Positions 37,915 through 47,900 of a DNA stretch of 64,000 nt are shown one piece after another. The translations under genes and the position numbers were made by a program. The notes under the pieces are model-generated. The model was not told the DNA's origin. It worked only from the letters and a program-made list of their open reading frames with translations, and searched no databases. Position 1 is the first letter of the stretch; every line of letters begins with the position of its first letter. The stretch is taken from IMG/VR virus record IMGVR_UViG_3300042197_002946, positions 1 through 64,000 of that record. One strand, given 5' to 3'. Source of the DNA: a virus.

Positions 37915-38003
37915 TTTGAGAAAATATGGTGTACAATAATTTGGTTATCTAACAACACAATCGATTAACAACTCAATTATAAAATCAAACCAAGAGGTGT
38001 AAA

Positions 38004-39257
38004 ATGGCAAGTGCAAATAGAATTTATTACGCCGTACAAGCTGTGCAAATGCAGGGTGTCAATGGTCCAGGTATTGACTCTAGTAACCCAGATGGCGTTG
38101 CAGCAGCATATAGAAGCGTTTTCGGCGTTCAAAGTGTTGGTATTTCTACCAATTTTAATCTAGAAAATGTTTTCCAGCTTGGCGAATTAGATACATACGA
38201 TGTGTTAGATGATAATCCAGAGATTGAGGTTACTCTCAATAAGATTATTGACTACACAGATCCTCTTTATAAGCTTGCTTGTGGTGGATCTAGCTATTCC
38301 ACAACGGATAAAAACGTTCTAGAACTAGCTTCTCGTAGATGCAATGTTAAGTTGTTAGTTGGTAGTGATGTTGATAACCAAAACGTGACCGAAGCGATGC
38401 CGTTTTATGTTAAGATGACCGGCATGTATCTATCTTCTGTCACTTATACCTTTGCTACTGATGGTAATTTTACCGAAGAAGTAACTCTTGTTGGAAATAA
38501 TAAGGTGTGGTATAATACTGCTGATAGTGTTAGCAACAACACTACAACTGGTGAGCAGATTCATCCAACCGCTGGCACTACAACCGCTTTTAATAACTTA
38601 AGAGCAACAGGTATTGCTCGTAGATGGAATCTTGATCTGGCATCATCAGTGCTACCGTCTGGAACCACATCTTGGGACGGCGGTATTGTATTACCTCATG
38701 ATGGTAGCAAGTTCGTTAACCCCCATATCACAAGTCTAACAGTAAGTTGTGATCTTGGTCGTGAGCCCTTGTTTCAGCTTGGTAGTCGCAATCCCTATAC
38801 TCGTTTCGTGAATGTTCCTCTTGAAGTTACTAGCGAGTTCGAAGTTGTTGCTACTGAGCACGATGTGAGTGCAAGCGACTTTGCTTCTGCGGATGCTTGT
38901 CGTGCAGATACCCGCAACCTTAAGCCAAGAGAAATTTATCTCAGACTTTGCGGACCCACAGCGGCCGGCGGCGATGCTGTAAAGGGTATGAATTTCTACC
39001 TTGGTAAGAATAACAGACTTACTAGTGTTAACTATAGTGGTGGAGATACTGGTGGTGGAAACGTTACAGTTACATACAGCTTCACAGGATACAACGTATT
39101 CTACGTTGATCAGGGAGCTGCATTAACAGTTACTGCCAGTCCATATAACGGTGTTGGCTTCAATGCTTGTGGTCGTACCGCTACTGGTCTGGAGACTGAT
39201 TCTCCAAGCTTTGGGAGTAGTAGTCCAACAGCCAACAGCACGGGTAGTACTGCCTGA
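38004..39257 (+). CDS. major tail (tube) protein
   Basis: GVQSVG...NLE.VFQLG with an internal repeat REPLFQLG; GAGGTG SD; downstream terminator. Confidence 0.7.
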   Translation: MASANRIYYAVQAVQMQGVNGPGIDSSNPDGVAAAYRSVFGVQSVGISTNFNLENVFQLGELDTYDVLDDNPEIEVTLNKIIDYTDPLYKLACGGSSYSTTDKNVLELASRRCNVKLLVGSDVDNQNVTEAMPFYVKMTGMYLSSVTYTFATDGNFTEEVTLVGNNKVWYNTADSVSNNTTTGEQIHPTAGTTTAFNNLRATGIARRWNLDLASSVLPSGTTSWDGGIVLPHDGSKFVNPHITSLTVSCDLGREPLFQLGSRNPYTRFVNVPLEVTSEFEVVATEHDVSASDFASADACRADTRNLKPREIYLRLCGPTAAGGDAVKGMNFYLGKNNRLTSVNYSGGDTGGGNVTVTYSFTGYNVFYVDQGAALTVTASPYNGVGFNACGRTATGLETDSPSFGSSSPTANSTGSTA

Positions 39258-39288
39258 TAGTTAGTGTAATTCAAAAGATATTAGGAAT

Positions 39289-39322
39289 GCTTACCCCCGG
39301 TAATTGCCGGGGGAAAGCTTTT
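39289..39322 (+). terminator. intrinsic terminator
   Basis: GCTTACCCCCGGTA-AT-TGCCGGGGGAAAGC-TTTT. Confidence 0.7.
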
Positions 39323-39352
39323 ACAAACGGATAACGGATAAAAGGAGACAAA

Positions 39353-39520
39353 ATGGATGACTTATTTGCTATTATAGGAAGACTATATGTTGATGTTTCT
39401 CAGGCTCAAAAGATCTTAGAAAATTTTCAACAAAAACTCAAAGAAAAAGATCAAGAAATACAGGAATTAAAGAAGAAACTATCAAAGGATAGTTCGTATA
39501 ACGATGATTCGGACCAATAA
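39353..39520 (+). CDS. 55-aa coiled-coil protein, not in ORF track (MDDLFAIIGRLYVD...)
   Basis: AAGGAG SD; translated by hand. Confidence 0.65.
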   Translation: MDDLFAIIGRLYVDVSQAQKILENFQQKLKEKDQEIQELKKKLSKDSSYNDDSDQ

Positions 39521-40562
39521 TGATAAATTACTCTCTAGGATTATTGCTGGTTTTTTGTATATTGAGCACGAAGAAAAACTGTATATACTCAAGAAACCTT
39601 CTTCAGCATTAAAATACAGAGCAGATTTATTGTATGAAAAAGCATATCAGGACAATTTGTATAGCGATTGGTTTTTGATGCAGGATGTTGAGTACATATT
39701 GGTGGACAATGGTGTTTGGCGATTACAAAATAACGAAGTACTAAAACAAATAGATAAACAATTAGAAAATCTTAAAGTTGAATTATATCAAAACTATATT
39801 CAACCAAATAAAAGAAAAGATATTAAAAAACAAATTAGCAGCATGAATATGCAAAAGGAAAGAATTTTAAACGTTAAGCATTCCTTAGATCAATATACTT
39901 TGGAAGCTTATGCTGGACGAATTAGAAATGAATTTATTATTATGAATACTTTATATTACAAAAACAAAAAAGTATTTAAAAACAAAACTAAAAAAAGTTC
40001 TGTACTTTTAAATAATATAGCTTCTAAAATAGCTCTATCATTACCATCAATATCTGATATCAGAGAGTTGGCTAGATCAGAAATGTGGAAATCCTATTGG
40101 TCAGCCTCGGGCAAAACTCATGTTTTTAGAGGATCGGTATTTGATTGGACAGATGAACAACGAGCATTGGTTAATTTGTCTAAGATGTTTGATTCCGTGT
40201 ATGAGCATCCAGAGTGTCCTCCAGAAAATATTATTGACGATGAGGATGCTTTAGAAGGTTGGATGATTGTTCAAAAGAGAAAAAATGAACAGTCTAAGAG
40301 CAAACAAAAAACAGATAATATGTTGAACAGTGCCAAGATGAAAAAAGCTAATGAAGTTTTTATTATGAGTAATTCTGCAGAAGAAACCGCTGAGATTATT
40401 AATAATAATGATCCTTTAGCTAGACATCGAATGAAAGAAAAATTTAGCGCAATTAAATCTTCAGACTCAGAAGGTATATCCGAAGCACAGCTACCGGATG
40501 TACAGAGAGAACTAATTGATCAGTTAAATCAAAAAAGAAACGCTACTATGAATAGGAAATAA
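39504..40562 (+). CDS. hypothetical protein, probable tail assembly chaperone
   Basis: between tube and TMP; YEHPECP...IIDDEDALEGW. Confidence 0.55.
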   Translation: MIRTNNDKLLSRIIAGFLYIEHEEKLYILKKPSSALKYRADLLYEKAYQDNLYSDWFLMQDVEYILVDNGVWRLQNNEVLKQIDKQLENLKVELYQNYIQPNKRKDIKKQISSMNMQKERILNVKHSLDQYTLEAYAGRIRNEFIIMNTLYYKNKKVFKNKTKKSSVLLNNIASKIALSLPSISDIRELARSEMWKSYWSASGKTHVFRGSVFDWTDEQRALVNLSKMFDSVYEHPECPPENIIDDEDALEGWMIVQKRKNEQSKSKQKTDNMLNSAKMKKANEVFIMSNSAEETAEIINNNDPLARHRMKEKFSAIKSSDSEGISEAQLPDVQRELIDQLNQKRNATMNRK

Positions 40563-40564
40563 TT

Positions 40565-40882
40565 ATGAATCACGAAAATGAGATTTACTATAATCTTGAA
40601 AAAAGATTTCAAACTACTATGATCGGTGCTTTAGCTAAGTTCGAAGATGCTTTCGGTAATCTATGGGGACATAATAAGCATGATAATGAACTAACAGATA
40701 AAGAATTAGATTTTAGAGACTTGTGGGAACGTACTAGAATGCTTATATTAAATAACGGCAATCATCAGATGCGTTCGGCTATTTCAGAGTTAACTAAACA
40801 TATTAGATCTAAATACAGGTATAACTATAAATTTTATGTGAAACCAAACTATCCAGAAAGAGGAGAAGACTATGAAGGCTAA
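40565..40882 (+). CDS. hypothetical protein
   Basis: operonic ORF. Confidence 0.7.
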   Translation: MNHENEIYYNLEKRFQTTMIGALAKFEDAFGNLWGHNKHDNELTDKELDFRDLWERTRMLILNNGNHQMRSAISELTKHIRSKYRYNYKFYVKPNYPERGEDYEG

Positions 40883-41801
40883 GACTTTTAAGATTAAGAT
40901 ACAAGATAATGAAGTGGAATTCTTAGTTAAGACACCATCCATCAACGACCAAAGAGAAGCTCAGAAGATTTATAATCAAGCTTTTACAGACGCTATTAAA
41001 TCTAAATGCGTGGTTAGAGCTAAGATGGACGATCTCCTAGAGGAACAAGGACTATGGAATCAGGACAAGCAGATAAAGTTCAATAAGCTGCAACAGGATA
41101 TTTTGGATTCTGAGAGAAAACTCGCCAAAGGCGGTATCTCACTGAAAGAAGCTAGAAATATTGCTATTCAGATGAAAAGAGATAGAGATGAAATTCGTTC
41201 ACTAATCGCCGTACGAACCTCACTAGATAATCATAGCGCAGAAGGACAGGCAGATAATGCTAGGTTTAACTACTTGGTATCTGTCTGCTTGGTGTATAAT
41301 AATGTCGAGAAACAACCATATTTTAATAATATGGAGGACTATCTAAATAGGTCAAATGAAGAGGTAGCTATCGTAGCTGCTCAGCATCTGGCTTCTATGT
41401 TGTATGGTTTGGATAACGACTATGAATTAAACTTGCCAGAAAATAAGTTTTTGAAGAAGTACAAATTTATTGATGATAAACTAAGATATATTAATAAAGA
41501 AGGTAAGCTTACTGATGCCGATGGTCGATTGGTTGATGAGAATGGAAGGTATGTGGATGAACAAGGTAACTTTGTTGATAAGTTTGGTAACAGAGTGGAC
41601 AAGGACGGAGAGTACGTTGTTGAGACTCAACCATTTTTAGATGATGATGGACAACCTGTTATTTTAGATGAAGATAAAAAAGATGAACCAACACCACAAC
41701 CTATATTGCCAGCTTCAGAACCAGTTACCCAATCTACTGAATCTGCCAAGGCTACACCAGAAACCCCAGCAGCTGTTTCCGAAACAGTTGTCGGTACTTG
41801 A
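40872..41801 (+). CDS. probable tail assembly chaperone with DxxG hairpin repeats
   Basis: directly before TMP; DADGRLVDENGRYVDEQGNFVDKFGNRVDKDG. Confidence 0.55.
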   Translation: MKAKTFKIKIQDNEVEFLVKTPSINDQREAQKIYNQAFTDAIKSKCVVRAKMDDLLEEQGLWNQDKQIKFNKLQQDILDSERKLAKGGISLKEARNIAIQMKRDRDEIRSLIAVRTSLDNHSAEGQADNARFNYLVSVCLVYNNVEKQPYFNNMEDYLNRSNEEVAIVAAQHLASMLYGLDNDYELNLPENKFLKKYKFIDDKLRYINKEGKLTDADGRLVDENGRYVDEQGNFVDKFGNRVDKDGEYVVETQPFLDDDGQPVILDEDKKDEPTPQPILPASEPVTQSTESAKATPETPAAVSETVVGT

Positions 41802-41904
41802 TAGTTTGTTGTTAGTTAACTCCTGTATCTGTATACAGCTAATAGCACCAGCAGATTTCGGTCTGTTGGTGTTATTTTTTGCATAGATAGGATTTTTATT
41901 ATAT

Positions 41905-44900
41905 ATGGCTAAAGCTTTTAATCTTACAGCAGAATTAAATCTTAGAGGCCCATCTAATCTCAAGCAGATAGCAGCGTCCATTCGTAGAGAGATCGGGACC
42001 GTAGACGCTACTGTTAATGTTAAGATAGACAGAGCGGCCGAAAGATCCATACTTAATAGTGCTAATGCTCTAAATAGATTAAATAGAGAACTTCAGACAA
42101 CAGCAACAGCCTCAGCCTCATCCACCAATAACATCAACAACCTTGTCGCATCATTAAATAGCCTAAGTAATGCTTTGACTGGATCTAATAATTCTATGCA
42201 GCGCATAGTTTCTACATCAGAGCAAACAGCCAGACAAATGTCTCGAATTAGAAAGACGACAGCAGTAGCGCGAGATGAGATGGAAGAGTTTGGTCGTCAA
42301 TCAGCTTTGGCTGTGCGACGTTTTGCTGCCTTTAATTTTGCTACCGGAGTTATTTATGGTTTTTATAATGCAATTTCCAAAGCTTTGGGAGAATTTACAG
42401 AGTTTGATAGACAGTTGGTGCGATTAACGCAAATTACTGGAGAATCTTATAGCGAGCTAAGCAGGATAACAGAAACAATTACTGGATTATCAACCGGCTT
42501 GGGTGTTGCATCAGGAGACCTTATCCGCATATCGGATACATTAGCTCAGGCTGGCTTGAGTGCCAGAGAAACAGACCAAGCATTGAGGGCTTTGGCTTTG
42601 ACGGCTCTAGCTCCGTCCTTCGATGACCTGAATAACACTGTCGAAGGATCTATTGCATTAATGAGACAGTTTAAAATCGGTACTGATGATTTAGCTGGCG
42701 CTCTAGGTTCTATTAACGCAGTAGCTGCTGGTTTTGCTGTTGAGGCCGGTGATATTATTACAGCTATTCAGCGTACTGGTGGTGTGTTTGCCGCAGCTAG
42801 TAAAGGGGTTAGCGAAGGCACCGATGCGTTAAATGAATTTATTGCGGTATTTACTAGTGTAAGAGCCACAACTCGTGAAAGCGCAGAAACAATTGCTACA
42901 GGCTTGAGAACTATTTTTACTCGTATTCAACGAGAAGATACTATTGAGGCATTAAAAGAATATGGAGTTAATCTATTGGATGTAGAAGGTAAATTCGTTG
43001 GAGCTTATCGAGCTGTACAATTACTAAGCGAAGGTCTTGGCAAACTAGATCCTAGAGACGTAAGCTTTTCTAGAATAGTAGAAGAGCTTGGTGGATTTAG
43101 ACAGATTGGTAAGGTGCTTCCGTTGATTCAAGAATTCAGCACAGCACAACAAGCTTTAACAGTAGCTCAAAGAGGGCAAAATTCATTAGCGGCAGATGCA
43201 GCCAAAGCTCAGTCAGCATTAACAGTACAGTTTACCAAGACTAGAGAGTCATTTGTTGCTTTAATTCGAGATATTGGCAGTAGCGATAGCTTTAAAACAC
43301 TTATTAGTTTAGGCTTGACACTAGCTAATACATTCATCAAAGTAGCTGATTTCGCCAAGCCTCTACTTCCCATCCTAACAACCATCGCAGCATTACAAGG
43401 AGCTAAATCGTTAACGAGTTTTGTTGGTGGTTTCGTAGGGGGATTGCGTAAAGTACGTCCGGGAGAAGACGGAGGGGGCGGTGGAGGACCAGCTAATAGG
43501 GCTAGAACTGAAAGATCAGCCGCAGACATTACAGATAACTCTAGATATTTAGACGCCAACACCACAGCTTTGATGGGTCTGGGTACAGCTATGGGGGGTC
43601 TAACAGCAGTTATTAGTCCATTACAAGCTTCTATAGATAATTTGGGTAATGCAGCTATAGCTCAATTAAATAATGAGATTGTTGCTCTGAACAACACTAT
43701 GAGCAGTATTGATCTAGGCGGAGCCGCAACAGCTAAAGATGGTGGCAGAATATTACGTTTTGCTAGAGGAGGAGCTGTTCCTGGTAGCGGACGAGGAGAC
43801 AAAGTTCCGGCCATGCTGGAACCCGGTGAAGTTGTTATGAGCAATCGGGCTGTTAGTAAGTATGGAAGAGGTAATTTGGTAAGGATGAATAAGTATGCAA
43901 AAGGAGGAAAACCAAAAAGAGGAGTTCCTAATCAAGTTAATACTACGGATGTGGTTGATGGAGATACAATTGGTGCAGACATTTTCACCAATCTAACATT
44001 TAGATTTAGCGGAATTGACGCTCCAGAAAAATCTGAACCGCTTGGTGACAAAGCGACATCGGTATTGACTAACAAGAAGTTGAGCTACTTTAATAACAAA
44101 ATCACAAGTGGCGTCGGAGGTAAATCCAGGGGCTTATTTAAAGACGATGCATTAGCTGGCCAAATGATTCGTAGTGGTTTGGCAGTTCCAGATATAAGAT
44201 ATGCTAAGAACAAATTTAGTAGTGATGTTGAAGCAGGTAGAGCAGCAGGACAGGGCTTATGGAATAGTTCGTATGCTAATCATCCTAAAAGATTACAGTT
44301 TAAAGAGCAATACGGATATAGTTTTGGGGGTCAAATTCAAAAATTTATGAGCGGATCAGCCGGAGGAGTTAAGTCTAAACCCGAACCATTCGGTACAGGA
44401 GTCACCAAATTTCCTCGTCGTATAAGTAATGCCTACGCTAAACAGACGGAAAAGGAAAAGACAGATAGACATTTTGATAGACTCATACAAAACAGTCCTA
44501 TTAATGAAAGAATCATGGTTGATGAGGCTATGGAACAGCAGATATCCCAAGGGATGCAGCAGCCATTAGATCGTGAAAAATTTGCAGCGTCTTTTAGACG
44601 AGCTGTTTTAAGAGACGAAATAGCATCCAACATATCTAATTTTGCTAAATTGGTTGGACTTCCACAAGAAGATTTGTCTGTAGTATTACCAAGACAACTA
44701 GATTTTGGCTCTGGTTCTGGTCCTATAGGATCTCGTGGAGGTAGAGATGTTTTAGGTGGGGCTTTTACAACCATTAGTCCTTATGGTAGTCGTGGAGCAG
44801 AAGGCTGGGATCTTAGTGAGTTTGGTTATACTAAGCAGGACGAACAAGACCTATTCGGCTTAGAAAAACTGTTAGAAGAAAAGAAAAAAGAACGTGATAA

Positions 44901-47900
44901 AATACGCAAAACTCCAACACGTACTTTTGATGATGGTAGTTTTAGCTATGATTTGCAAGCCGCTGATAAGGCTAGCGATGAATATAATGCATTAAATAAA
45001 CAGATATATGATATTAGAAAAAAAAGAGATACTGCTATTTCTGCGGCCAACAAAGCTAGAGAAGAAGAAGTTGCATCATCTGGTAGAGCCACATTAGGTT
45101 TTGGTACTAGATTTGGTAAGGCTCAGAACCCTGTATTTTATCACGAATTAACACATCAACTATTCAAAGGATTAAGAGCAAAATCTGCTGATAGTTTTGA
45201 AAAATACAAGCAAAGAGTAACAACATTATTTGAAACCGACAACGATGGTTTGGCAGATGCTTTTGATGCTCTAGGTGCCGGTTATAGTAGTGCTGATGTT
45301 GTTTATGGACGAGCATATAAGCTAGATTTATTAGGAGCTAGACAAAGAGAAGAAATTAGAAAAGATCCAGCAGGAGAAGATGTTAAAAATCTGTCATCTA
45401 TTATTAAGTCTGGAAGTGCAGCTAAAAAAGCAACACAATTTCGCCCAATCAATCCAAGTTTCAATGAGGCTATGCTTAAGTTTTATAGCCAAGAGCATTT
45501 GGATAAGGTTGAAGATAATGGCAAAGAAGAATTCTTAACGACTCTTGTAGAAAAAATGCCGGTGTTGGACCAGCGTTTACAGGGCATATTGGACTCCACG
45601 ATGACAGAATTGTTGGGTGGAGCAGGAATACAGAGACAACAATATTTTGATGGTGGTTGGGTAGAAAGAATGAAAACACAACCAGACGACATATTACGTC
45701 GAGAGCTGCAGATGTTGCATTCTGGCAGTTTTATGCTATCGGTAGGAGAACGAAAAGTTTTAGCAAGTACTTTTGCTGGTCTTGGCAAATATGAAGATAT
45801 TGGAAAAAGAGAATTAGTAGCACGTATGCAGGCTATAAAAGATTATTTAGACGAAAGAGCTATTAACCAAAAAACAAAGTACGCAAAACGCAGAGGTCCT
45901 GGTCTACAAGCTACTGAAAAGTACAATGAACAAGAAATGTTGGATGCTGTTAACTACTATGCTGCTGGTAGTGGTCCTTTCACAAAGGCATTGGTTTCTG
46001 GCGCCAAAACGTTTAAGGAGCCCAGAGGAGAGACCTATAAAACAAAAGATATTAAAGATAGGCTATTAGCAGCTAGTCAATTTACAATCCCAAAGAAAAC
46101 CTATAGTGGTTTAGGACGAAGTCAATTTAGAGAAATATTGAGCGATACAAATACCACTCCCAAAAAACTTGCCACCAAAACAGACGAGACTTTACGAGGT
46201 TTGGTTGGTCAGACTATAGATTTTCCGACATTTTTATCCGTTAGCGCACAAAAAGATCAAGCAGAAGCTTTCGTACAAAATCCTGGAGCATTATTAAGTA
46301 TCGATGGTAGTAGTACAAGTCAAAAAACTATTGATGTTGTCAAAGCAAGAAGAAAAACACAAATTGATGACAGTGCGATTAAATCTAGCAGAAGATTAAA
46401 GGGCATAGAAAACATTAGCGAAAAAAAATTAGATATATACGAAGAAGAACAAGAGTTTATTGTTCCTCCTAATGTTGGTTTTAAAATCACCAAAGCCACA
46501 GGCACAGTTTACCAAGACCTTTCTGCTAAAGACTTAAAATCAAAATCTAAAAAAGCATTATCAGTATTTGATGATATCGATATGTTTTCTGATCCGGATA
46601 TTGATGATTTTGACAAGACTAGGCTCGATATTAAAGTGAATATGTTGAGATCGGGAGGTATTGTTCAAAAGTTCATGGACGGTGGAGTTGCTCAACGTAA
46701 GCTTGGTTATATAGACTATGATGTGATAGCTAATCCGGCTAATGAAGCTGTTGTAGCTAAAGGTATGGAAGCTACTGGAGTTAGCGGTCCTAGATTATAT
46801 ACTGATAAATTAATTGAAATGGCAGTCAAAGCCAGAAAAGAGCAGAGCTTAAATAAGCTTCGAGCTATTTATGGTGTTGCCGGAGCAGGAAAAACCACTA
46901 TGGCTCGTGGACAAGGTACCGACAAAGGAACTCTGCGAGAAACAACAAGATTTCCTATATTAAGTCCAGAGGATATTCATAGAGCCAATGAAATTATTCT
47001 ATTAAGTAGTAGTGTATCGCAAGATAAGTTGGATACACTATTTGCTGATGTAGATAGAGCTTATACTCTTAGTAGTACCACATCTGAAGAAAAAGAAAGA
47101 ATTAAAAGCCAAAGAGCAAGTCGAGACGCGACTGGAGTTGGTTTAGAGGGTCGTACTCCAGGATCAACTACTGGAGTTGCTAGGGATACTGTGGTAGGAG
47201 AAGCATTACTTGCTGATCGTTTAGGCGATAGGTCGGTTGTTCTAGGTCGTACGGAAAGTGGTAGACTAAGACGAAAAAGAGGGGACGAGCTTGTTGAAAT
47301 AGTTAAAAAGCGCATAGGAATGACTTGGGGCGGTTTTGCTCCTATGACAGCAGGACATGAAAGCATATTAGATGCTGCTGCTGCTATGGGCATATCTCCA
47401 GAAGACTTTGTATTTTTAGTAGGTTCTAATGAAAGCATAAAGCTTGGTGATCCATCTTCCTATAGAACAGCAATATTTAATCAAGACGCAAGAGTATTAT
47501 TAGCTAAAGCCGGAGCCGGAGCACGAGGAGCTACCGTAGTACCAAAAGCAGCAGATTTTGAGGTTCCTCTTGGTATAGATATTTCTGAACAAGAAGGCCG
47601 CAGAAAAGTGTTGTTGCCGGGCGAGGGCAGCACAGTTTTTGTTGCAGACAAAACAGAACAACAAACTGCAAAATATCGAGAAGCAGGATATAAGGTTAGT
47701 CATATAGAGCGCACGGGCGGAATTAGCGGCACTATGGTGAGAGATTTGATCATGAGCGGCAACATGGCCGAACTACAAAAGGTCTTAAGTCCAGGAGTTT
47801 ATGACTTAATTTCTAATAATATTGGGCGAATTCAGAATAGAGCTAATGTTTTACCAGATATTATAGAGCAGGTAAAACAAAGTCAGGGAGTTAAATTAGC

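Noticed and set aside
39504-41904. Programmed frameshift in tail chaperone genes
   Set aside because: No convincing slippery heptamer near an ORF end with a suitable downstream frame was found by eye.
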